IMG/VR virus record: IMGVR_UViG_3300050499_000294
Span: 98 to 64,097 of that record
Source: a virus
Direction: 5' to 3' (one strand)
DNA: 64,000 bases
The notes below the pieces were generated by a model, which saw nothing but the letters and a program-made list of their open reading frames with translations, did not search any database and was not told where the DNA came from. Below, piece after piece: positions 1-8,600 of this stretch (positions are counted from its first letter, which is position 1; the number at the start of each line of letters is the position of its first letter). A program made the position numbers and the translations under genes.

Positions 1-779
1 GGCTCACCCCGCTGGGAGTCCCGCATGACCTGACACACTTCCTGCCCAGATAACGCCCGATTGTAGAGTTTAATGTCATCCATGGCGCCGGGAAAATAGA
101 GCGACGGCGCTGCCACGTCTAACGTGCCCACCACGGTCGGCAGCGTGGTCACCGGGTACATCGTCCCCGAGGCCCCATTAAACGTGGTGGGGAGACAGTT
201 GGTATACCCTTGCAAGCCCGTGGCACTACTGTAGGTATAGGCCAGATGCGTCCAGACCCCCACAGGAATGGCGCCAGGATTGGCATTGTCTTGTTGCAGG
301 TAACTGGACGTCGACGTGACAAACGACACGTTCATGCCTCCACTGGATCGCACGATAATATCGCGGAATCCACTATTATTCCCCCCCGTCACGAGGCCTT
401 GATAGTCGTTGCCGGTGGCGGTCCGCTTCATCCACAAGAGGATACTGACGGCGGGGGGCCACAACTGCGCAGTGACCGGATGGGTGGCATAATCATTCGT
501 TCCGTCGAAGCGCATTTCGCCCTGCCCGCCAGGCCGCGTCGTCGCCCCCGCGCCACTACTCCCCGCCGTGTCGATATTGGTCACGGCTAGCGGGAAGCGC
601 CCGGTAAGATCGTACCAGGTGCGTCCCCCGCTCACGCCTGCGACCACGCGCCACCAAGCGAGGAGCCCCTGGGCGGTCGGCGCATTCCGGTCCAGCCGGG
701 GTTGCGCGAGCGCTGGCGTACTCAGCAGCGTTAGCAGCAGGAGCAGCGCTAGGGTATTTGTAACACGTACGGGGTGCAT
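1..779 (-). CDS. Exported LamG/concanavalin-A-like domain protein, runs off the left edge
   Basis: Not in the ORF track because it has no stop in the window. Manual translation: MHPVRVTNTLALLLLLTLLSTPALAQ...MRFDGTNDY...GVWTHLAYTY...YFPGAMDDIKLYNRALSGQEV, typical LamG motifs after a signal peptide. Confidence 0.75.
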   Translation of the reverse strand, partial: MHPVRVTNTLALLLLLTLLSTPALAQPRLDRNAPTAQGLLAWWRVVAGVSGGRTWYDLTGRFPLAVTNIDTAGSSGAGATTRPGGQGEMRFDGTNDYATHPVTAQLWPPAVSILLWMKRTATGNDYQGLVTGGNNSGFRDIIVRSSGGMNVSFVTSTSSYLQQDNANPGAIPVGVWTHLAYTYSSATGLQGYTNCLPTTFNGASGTMYPVTTLPTVVGTLDVAAPSLYFPGAMDDIKLYNRALSGQEVCQVMRDSQRGE

Positions 780-1249
780 CGTAAGGTCCATGGGGCGCCC
801 TGGAGGGTCACGCCCGTGCCGTCATTTTTGAGGAGAGCCTTGAACACCCCCCGCGGGAGTTCAATGCTCGGAATCACAATGCGCTGGGCCGTGCTAACCG
901 CGCGCAGGGGAAAGATGAAATCAGGGATCCTGGCTGGATCAGCGCCAGTAGTACCGTCTTCAAAATTGGTGCCGTCTGCTTGCCGAATGAGCCACACCAC
1001 GACCGCCGTATTGGCTGCCACAGTCCCACTCCAGGCCCCAGTACTCAGCTCACAATCTGCGCGGGTGTAGTTGGCACTTGCAAGCGTAATGTTGCCAGAA
1101 AGCACGCTGGAGCCACTCGCCAATCCGGTACTCGTGGTAATCCAGGTGTCGATCGTGCCCCGGAGCCACACGAAGGGGGACGCGGCCCAGAGCGGTGACA
1201 CCCAGAGCACAAGACTCAGGAAAAGGAGGGAAGCAAGACGTGTCCTCAT
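749..1249 (-). CDS. Exported hypothetical protein, paralog of the C-terminal part of 25583..26332
   Basis: Signal peptide MRTRLASLLFLSLVLWVSPLWA; ITLAS...VWLIRQADGTNFED resembles ITLAS...VYGVQALDDTPTWPD. Confidence 0.7.
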   Translation of the reverse strand: MRTRLASLLFLSLVLWVSPLWAASPFVWLRGTIDTWITTSTGLASGSSVLSGNITLASANYTRADCELSTGAWSGTVAANTAVVVWLIRQADGTNFEDGTTGADPARIPDFIFPLRAVSTAQRIVIPSIELPRGVFKALLKNDGTGVTLQGAPWTLRCTPYVLQIP

Positions 1250-1881
1250 GGCAGTGGCCCTCCTCGGAGCGCGTACCGGATATCGTGCTGCGTCAAGAAG
1301 CCTTCCCAGACAAGAAAGCCTGGATCCGCAGTCGTGCCGGCATTGGTTCCGGTGACATAGATTTTTTCTGCGCGGGTGACGGCGCGTGACGACTGCTGTT
1401 TAATGTGGTTGCGATTATTCGTGGCATTGCCCGGGAGTTTGAAAATCGCATCGAGGGCACTGTGGACATTGGGCAAACTCGCGTCCATCACCAGGCTCGG
1501 GCCATCAAAAAAGTCATGAAAAGTCATCAACTCCTGAACAGTCAAGGTCAAGTAGCCATTGCCCTCAAAGATAAAGCTCGTATTGGCAGGAGACTTCTCA
1601 AAAAGAATCGTCTTGCGCGTCACGGCCGTTTTGTAGACCTGGAACGTGGGCGTCACTGGTTGGTTGTACCTGTCCGCAATGACCTGATCCCGCCCGGCGG
1701 CGACATCGGCTTGATTCTCGTTCACGTCCGTCACCGTAATTTGGGTCTTCAGTTGCTGATACTGCGCCTCGGTGAGGGTCGTTGCTGCGCCGCCCCAGAC
1801 TACCCAAGGCACTAAGAGGAGCAGCCCGCACACCAGCGTTATGCACCATCCTGAGCTAAAAAGAGTTCTTTGAGTCGCCAT
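1246..1881 (-). CDS. Exported hypothetical protein, paralog of 26344..26862
   Basis: Hydrophobic N-terminus; TRAEKIYVTGTNAGTTADPGFLVWEGFLT aligns with SQAEKLLIVPSSGTGTTASPAVMGFQGNLT. Confidence 0.75.
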   Translation of the reverse strand: MATQRTLFSSGWCITLVCGLLLLVPWVVWGGAATTLTEAQYQQLKTQITVTDVNENQADVAAGRDQVIADRYNQPVTPTFQVYKTAVTRKTILFEKSPANTSFIFEGNGYLTLTVQELMTFHDFFDGPSLVMDASLPNVHSALDAIFKLPGNATNNRNHIKQQSSRAVTRAEKIYVTGTNAGTTADPGFLVWEGFLTQHDIRYALRGGPLP

Positions 1882-1893
1882 GCATACACTCCA

Positions 1894-2865
1894 TCAGTTC
1901 GTAGCAATCACCTGATGTTTGCCGTCCGCTTGCGAATAGGACAAACCAATATCAAACCAGCCCATCCCGGCAGCCGTGGCAGGACAGGTCATGGCGAGAG
2001 GAATATTGGGCGACGGCAAAAAGCCTGCTGTGCTCAGCGTCAAGGTCTGCGCGTTGGTGCATTTGAGACTAATACGCGTCAGCGTGCCATCCGTCACCGT
2101 GCCACTCACGGTAATGGTGAGCGTCCCCGCCGCCCCGGTCATGGTGTGCCGGCACAGGGCGGCGATCTGCGCATTGCAGTTCAGGCTGGTGGCCGTGCCT
2201 GTACTCGTGGTAATGCCGCGCCCAATGCCCCGCGTGGTGGCCACGGCCCCATACTTGGCGGAGACCGCATTGTAGAGCACTTTCACGCGATCCGTCGTGG
2301 TGCCGTCTCCGGTGGTGGCACTCGGGAGCGGAATGCCGTTTTCGGTGGTATAGATGGCGTGCCACGTGAGCGCCCGGGGCGTGGTCGACTTAAACCGAAA
2401 CGAGACCTCTTGCTCCTCGGTGGGATTGCCGCCCGTGCCGATGGGCGCGTTGATCGTGAGGTCCCCGGTAATGCCATCGACCACCACGACATCGGTCGTA
2501 TCCAGATTGGGCGTAATGGACAACGGCGTCCCCGCCGGCGTATACGCGACCGCCTTGGGAACGATTTGCTTATTCGTGACCTTTTGCGGGGCTGTGAGCA
2601 TGACCACATTGCTAATATCGAGGGCGAATGCGGTACAAATCGTCGTGCCATCGGGGCGCCAGCCGCTCACAAAGTTGTTGCTGCCGCAATTAGTGAGCGT
2701 GCCCGCCCGCAGCTTGTTCAGGCGCAGGTTGCTACTATGCATCCGACCGCCCAGTTGCTGCGCCTCGCTGAGGGCGAACGTGCCGCTAGTGAGCAGGAAG
2801 AGCAGACAGAGCAGGCATCGTCGCATCATGAACACTCCCATAGGACAATACGGCCTAAAACTCAC
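1894..2865 (-). CDS. Exported Thr/Gly-rich tail-fibre-like protein
   Basis: Signal peptide MMRRCLLCLLFLLTSGTFALSEA; beta-rich fibre-like repeats; six Cys in the mature part; true start may be slightly downstream. Confidence 0.7.
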   Translation of the reverse strand: MSFRPYCPMGVFMMRRCLLCLLFLLTSGTFALSEAQQLGGRMHSSNLRLNKLRAGTLTNCGSNNFVSGWRPDGTTICTAFALDISNVVMLTAPQKVTNKQIVPKAVAYTPAGTPLSITPNLDTTDVVVVDGITGDLTINAPIGTGGNPTEEQEVSFRFKSTTPRALTWHAIYTTENGIPLPSATTGDGTTTDRVKVLYNAVSAKYGAVATTRGIGRGITTSTGTATSLNCNAQIAALCRHTMTGAAGTLTITVSGTVTDGTLTRISLKCTNAQTLTLSTAGFLPSPNIPLAMTCPATAAGMGWFDIGLSYSQADGKHQVIATN

Positions 2866-3382
2866 CGCAGCTTACAATAAGATTAATCCGGGTGGCCGCC
2901 GTCAGCGCGATCGTATAGGTGGCCTGGAGCGTATCGCCGCTGGCCAGTTGGATATAGGGATTCCCGTCGCTATCGAGCGGCAAGCCCGGCCAGAGCGTCG
3001 GCGCCAACAGGTTGAGGGCGGGTGTCCCACTGGCAAAGCCTTGACTCACGAGCGTCTGAGCCGCCACCCCGCCGAACCGGATGCCGCCGCTCACGATTTG
3101 CACCGTCACGAGATGCGTCGTCGTCCCGTCATCCGTGGTGAGCCACATCGCATTACAGCGCGCCCCGTTCGTGCCCGCGGCATAGAGCGTTTTATAGGTC
3201 CCTGCCGTGTCGGTGCCCTGGAGAAATTGCACCTTGCCCACCGTGGGCGTCTGCATGAAGACCGGACTATTGGGCGTGACTGCCGCCCAGCTTGACCCCG
3301 CCAGGAAGGCCCCTAGCAGGGCCAGGAAGCCCATCACTCGTCGTCCGCGCATCCTAGAGTCCTCCCGCGTTGGCATGGGCAC
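2855..3382 (-). CDS. Exported hypothetical virion-like protein
   Basis: Signal peptide MRGRRVMGFLALLGAFLAGSSWA; coupled to neighbouring genes. Confidence 0.7.
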   Translation of the reverse strand: MPMPTREDSRMRGRRVMGFLALLGAFLAGSSWAAVTPNSPVFMQTPTVGKVQFLQGTDTAGTYKTLYAAGTNGARCNAMWLTTDDGTTTHLVTVQIVSGGIRFGGVAAQTLVSQGFASGTPALNLLAPTLWPGLPLDSDGNPYIQLASGDTLQATYTIALTAATRINLIVSCGEF

Positions 3383-3827
3383 TGAGGGCCGTCGTGGCGG
3401 TCACAAAGGCCGGGACGCCGCCGCCCCCGCCCCCCCCGCCGGCGCCACCCGGCCCGCCGCCCGTCAGTTGCATGTTGGTGCCGTCATAGCAGACCGTGAT
3501 GATCTGTCCATTCGCAATGTCATTCGCGGCCAGGTCCGTCGACACCGTCGACACAAACTTCCGCAGCGCCTTCACGCCCCGGGCATTGATATTGAGCGTC
3601 GCCGCGCCCGTCACGGTATGGTTGGCCTGAAACATAAAGCATTGATTGGTCACATAGGCCCCAATCGGCGGGTTGAGCGTCAGCACATAGGCATTGCCGC
3701 TCCCCGTGGCCGTCCCGGCGTTGATCGTGCCTGCTACGGTCAAGTTCGAGTTAAAAAACTGCCCTTGTGCCCAGGCGGGCGTGCTCCACAGGGCCATCAG
3801 GAGCAGGGGGATCCCCAGGCGTCTCAC
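3354..3827 (-). CDS. Exported protein carrying a tail-fibre-type domain
   Basis: Signal peptide MRRLGIPLLLMALWSTPAWA; AYVLTLNPPIGAY...ATLNINARGVKALRK...DLAANDIANGQIITVCYDGTNMQL resembles a common phage fibre module. Confidence 0.75.
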   Translation of the reverse strand: MRRLGIPLLLMALWSTPAWAQGQFFNSNLTVAGTINAGTATGSGNAYVLTLNPPIGAYVTNQCFMFQANHTVTGAATLNINARGVKALRKFVSTVSTDLAANDIANGQIITVCYDGTNMQLTGGGPGGAGGGGGGGGVPAFVTATTALSAHANAGGL

Positions 3828-5317
3828 GCAAGACCTCCTTTCTGGGCGAGGGCTTCGAGCACCGTCACACGCTCGGCCAATTGCTCTTTCTCCTGGCGCA
3901 CCGTCTCCAGGAGCTGATACACCGTTTTGAGCGCATTGAGGAGCAGGTACGGCAGGGCCTCGGTATCGAGCGCCAGGAGGTCCGTCTCCTCGCTGTTAGG
4001 CGTCAGCACGCCCCGGCGACTCGTCACCATATAGGGCGCCACAGCCTGCACGACTTGCGCCCGCAGGCCGATGTGCCGCTGGCGCGTAATCGGGATGCCG
4101 CCCTGGCCGTTATAGCGAAACCAGATCGGATCGAGCGCCAGGAGCACCTCAAGCCCCTCCACAAACGGCTCGATATCCTTTTTGAGCCGTTCGTCTGAGG
4201 GACTGAGCCAACTGCCGCCACCCGGTTTGGTCGCTGTGCCGGTAATCATCAAATTGCCGCTATTATCGGTCCGCTGCACGACCGTCCCGGTTTTGTTCAG
4301 GGTTTCCACGGCCTCGCCGCTGCCCATCTGGAGGAGGAGTGCACCGTCGTCACTTAAGACGCGCACGGCTGAGGCATTCGTGACGCCCGCGTCCCGGATT
4401 TCAAAATCGGTCCCGGTAATGGCGGTGGCTTTGACGATGATCAGCCGCCCGCTCGTGGGGGTTACGAAGGTCATGACCACGTCATGCGAATTCGGATCTA
4501 CTGTAATGCTGTTGGGCAGCAGGCTCTGGCGCGGACTCGCGTTGTCATAGACAGCAAAGAGCAACGCGGACGTCCCGAGCCCATGCGTGGCGCCGGGCAC
4601 GCTCACCGTCGTGGCACTGGCAAAGGTGGCCACAAACCGTGGGCCGGCCGCACTGACAATGATCGTGCCACTCGCAGGCGTGACAAAAGTGACTGTTACA
4701 TCCGCCGTCGCCGGGGCAATACTGACGGGCACCTGCGTCAGGATATTCTGGCTGCCGCTCACGGTATAGACGCGTACGAGGAGGTCTGCAGTCCCCAGGG
4801 CGTGCGTACTGCCGGGAATACTCACGGTCGTCTGATTGGTAAAGGACACCGTATATTGCGGACTCGGCGCCGCGAGACTGATGATCCCCGTTTGCGGCGT
4901 GAGGAAGGTAAACGTGGCATCATAGGTGAGCGTATCAATGGCTACGGTATTGGGCTGAATCACCTGGCGCGGGGTTTCCGCATTGTACGCCTGGAAAAGC
5001 GGTGCGGGCGTGCCGAGGCGATGCGTGGTCCCCGCAATGGTGACGCTCGTGGTGGCATTGAAGGTAAAAAAGAGCGGGCTCTCGCCACCCCCAGGGAGAA
5101 ACTGCTGGAGCCGCGCGGCGAGCGAGCCAAACGTGCCTTGCGGATTGGAGCCGAGGACCGTCTGGACCGCGACCATGGCCGCCAAGGCATCGTTGATGAC
5201 TTCCGAATCCAGGCGACTGGCACTATCGGGAGCCATCGGCGGCGCATTGATAAACGTCTGCCGTGTGTCGATGACTCCTGGGTAGCCAGTCCCGATTCCC
5301 GCGCCGAGTTGAGCCAC
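3824..5317 (-). CDS. Tail fibre with C-terminal peptidase S74 intramolecular chaperone
   Basis: SDERLKKDIEP...IWFRYN...HIGLRAQVVQAVAP...C-terminal coiled coil; three internal repeats of about 70 aa. Confidence 0.85.
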   Translation of the reverse strand: MAQLGAGIGTGYPGVIDTRQTFINAPPMAPDSASRLDSEVINDALAAMVAVQTVLGSNPQGTFGSLAARLQQFLPGGGESPLFFTFNATTSVTIAGTTHRLGTPAPLFQAYNAETPRQVIQPNTVAIDTLTYDATFTFLTPQTGIISLAAPSPQYTVSFTNQTTVSIPGSTHALGTADLLVRVYTVSGSQNILTQVPVSIAPATADVTVTFVTPASGTIIVSAAGPRFVATFASATTVSVPGATHGLGTSALLFAVYDNASPRQSLLPNSITVDPNSHDVVMTFVTPTSGRLIIVKATAITGTDFEIRDAGVTNASAVRVLSDDGALLLQMGSGEAVETLNKTGTVVQRTDNSGNLMITGTATKPGGGSWLSPSDERLKKDIEPFVEGLEVLLALDPIWFRYNGQGGIPITRQRHIGLRAQVVQAVAPYMVTSRRGVLTPNSEETDLLALDTEALPYLLLNALKTVYQLLETVRQEKEQLAERVTVLEALAQKGGLA

Positions 5318-5353
5318 TTTAAACTCTCTTCTTACAAACTATGTTGTGTCATA

Positions 5354-5680
5354 TTAAGACTGTACTTTCAAGGCTTCGAGGGCCTCCACCCGCGTCGTCA
5401 GTGCCGCCACCTGCTCCGCCAGCGTCGTCAGCGTCACGCCTGTCCCAGTGAGAGAGGGACCCTGCGGCTGGAGGGTACGCGGGCGGACGTCCTGGACCAC
5501 CTGGTCCCCCAGCACGCGCCACTGCTCCTGCATGCGGGACGGCGCCGTCTCGTCGCGGATGAGATACCCATAGCCGGGCTCGTCCGCGCCGCGCTGGGCT
5601 TCCAGAAAGACCCGCGCATTACTTTCCCAGAGCCCGACAATGGTCCCGTCATCCGTGCGGTATTTGACCAGATAGGCCAT
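5354..5680 (-). CDS. Hypothetical tail-associated protein with C-terminal coiled coil
   Basis: Co-oriented between tip protein and fibre; LAEQVAALTTRVEALE. Confidence 0.65.
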   Translation of the reverse strand: MAYLVKYRTDDGTIVGLWESNARVFLEAQRGADEPGYGYLIRDETAPSRMQEQWRVLGDQVVQDVRPRTLQPQGPSLTGTGVTLTTLAEQVAALTTRVEALEALKVQS

Positions 5681-5683
5681 ACG

Positions 5684-8600
5684 CTAGCGCTGCCTCCGAA
5701 AGCCGACCATCTTGATATGATCGGCGCCGATGGAATTCCCGGCCACGCCTCCATTCTTAAACGTGCCCACAAAGGCTTTCGTCCCGCTAAAGCCACTGGG
5801 GGCGGTATAGACGCCCTGGCACACCATCGTACTGCGCCCCGGGTTATTCGTTTGGCCATACGCGAGTTCTGGCGACCCCGAAGCCGCGCTATTTTCCCGA
5901 ACGCGCAGCTCACACGCGTCGTCGAGCGTGGCCACGCTCACGGTGGCGGTGAGGGTCACCCAGACTTGATCGCCCTCGTTCAAATCAAACACAAGCGACG
6001 CCAGCGCCGTCTCACTGATCGTCACACTGAGCCCCACAATGTCCGTATACGACACGCTGTTGGTGACGGCGTTGACGTAGATCTTCTCCGTGACGACCGC
6101 GGACGGGGCAATGCCGGGCGTTTGCGCCCCGGTCTCCGGGCTCCACATGAGGGAGCCATCCGCGTGGTAAATCAGGATGCTATAGTTGGTCGGCCCTGCC
6201 GCAATCCGCCCAATCCAGACGCGAATCGTGCCGTTATCGTCCCGGAGAATGATCTGGCGATTGACGCCGTCAAGGACAATCGGGGCAATGGATCCGGCTA
6301 CCGGCCCCCCCAGGAACACCTGCGCGTTAATCGTGCCCGCAATGATTTTGTCAGCAGCCAGGTCCAGAATATGCGCATTGCGGATCAGCGCATCTTGGAT
6401 TTGAGCCACGCCCGTAATGACCGCCGTATCGGTGCGCAGATGCCCCGCATTAATGACCCCGGTTTTAATTCCGGCTGCCGTGACACCGCTCTCATTCGCG
6501 TCAAACATGAGGCCGCCGCCACTATTAAAAATCTGAATGCCGTACTGATCCGAGAGCGGCCCGAGCTTCCCCAAGAGGACGCGGTTATTGCCCAGGTACT
6601 GATCGCGGATGACCATCAGACTATTGGTGCCATCAATATAGACGCGATCCGCCACGCCAATACTGACCAGCGCCGTGAGCTTCCCGGTAAGGATTTTGGT
6701 CGCCACCAGGGAGCTAATGAAGGTGTCGTCCAGTTGCCCAGCGACGGCCGTCACCCCTGCCGTGGCCGAGACGGGGTGAAACGGCCCAATATTGCCCGAG
6801 GTATCTACTGGACGAATCCAATAATAGGCCCGCTGATTGGCGACAAACCCCGTATGTTCAAAGCTGTAGCTGCCTTGCCCAATCACCCCAGCCGTGCTGC
6901 GATCGTTGAGCCCCGACGTCCAGACCTCACAGTAGTCGTAATCCAGATCGCCCGGCGGCGTCCAGAGCAGCGCAATCTTTTGCACGGTGCCGACGGCATA
7001 GAGGTTCGCGGCGGCGCTCGGTGGCGTCCCATCGCGGCCCGTCGTAATGGACACCTCGGGATCGGTAAACGCACTGAGATTCGCCAGGCGATCAATCGCG
7101 GCAATTTTGGCAAAGACCGTCACATTGCCGGGGACAAAAATTTTGTAGGTACTATCAAACCGTCCCGGCTGCACGACGGTCGGGATGTTGGGTGATGCCA
7201 CCCGAAACACGAGTTGAAAGCCGTTGAGATCCTCTTCTCCCTGGGGGTTCCAGTGCGCCTGCACCCAGGTCATCACCGTCCCGTCCGCACTGGCATCCGT
7301 CCCCGTCGTAAGGCGGAGGCCGGTCGGCACGGCTGGTGGCGTATTGTCCAGTTTGTCGGCCGTGAGGGCCACGGGCGTAAAGGAGGCAATGGCACTCGGA
7401 ATGCCAATGCCAAACGAGTCATAGGGAATAATCTGGACATAATAGGTGATGCCCGCGAGCAGATCCGGAATGAGCAGCACCTGGAAATCAATGCCGACCG
7501 TCTGATTAGGGATCGTGGGCGGGTTCCCGGCATCGAGTAACACCAGGAAATGATCAAAATCCCGCGGGCGGATCCATTGTTTCCAATCAATCCGCACCGC
7601 CTCAAAGAGCGCCTGGGCTTCCGGTAAGATATTACTCATGTCGGGCGGCGCATTGGTCACGACGATCACCGCAGGATCGAGCGACAAGAGCCCGGTATTG
7701 GTGACTGCCCACACCATCACCTGGAGATCGCGTCGCGCCCCGGCGTAGCCGCTGCGAATCTGGTCTTCTTCGTTTTGCTGATGGGTATACGTCCACTGCA
7801 CGCTCTGGCCTGCGGGCGCCAGGGCCGCATTATAGGCCCGCAGCAAGTAGAGTTGCCCCGGCGCCCAGACTTGCACCACGTAGAAGGCCACAAAAAACGT
7901 CTCGCTAAAGAGCGGGCTATCCGCCACCGCATCCCACTCGACATGCAGGTCCCGGCCTTCCCACAGGGACACGCCCACGGCCTGGCCCTGGAGACGCAAG
8001 TTCCGCGGCGTCGCGGGGAAGTAGCCGGGCGTCGTGGGGCCGGCAATATGAATGACGACTTCCCGCGCACCGATATTATTGGGGACCCCCAGGTGCGAGA
8101 TGGGGACGACGCGGTACTGATACGTCGAGCCACTAATGGCCGTATAGTCATCCCAATCCAGCACATGCCCCCGGACCTGGGTGAGCGGCGTATAGTTATA
8201 GTTGGGGTCATTGGGGTCACTAATCGCTCCGGCGCCAATCGTCCCGGCCTCCACCTGCCCCATTTGCCCCGTCGCCAGGAGCACGCGGCGCAAGATCATG
8301 GCGCCCCCGTAGAGCGCATAGCCACTACTCAAGGGGGCGACGTCCCATGAGAGATTAATGACGCGCAGACTCGCGCCGCTCGTCTGAATCCGCGTCACTT
8401 CGGTTGCCACGAGCGAGAGGAGCGGCGGCGGCGGGCCTTCCGGGTTAAAGAGCGTCGTAATGACCCCCAGCGGCGACGCCACGGCCTCATCATAGATGCT
8501 CGGGTTGTGAATCAGCGCTTCGAGACTCACGGTCAAATCATTTTTGCGCCGCAGACTGGTCACCCGGAACGTGCGCGTATTGGCATTGGTGGCCAGCGTC

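Noticed and set aside
4484-7195. 903-aa plus-strand ORF and many other long antisense ORFs (e.g. 9665..11041, 21962..23509, 22636..24525)
   Set aside because: Shadow frames of GC-rich structural genes; Arg/Gly-rich with no recognisable motifs or RBS
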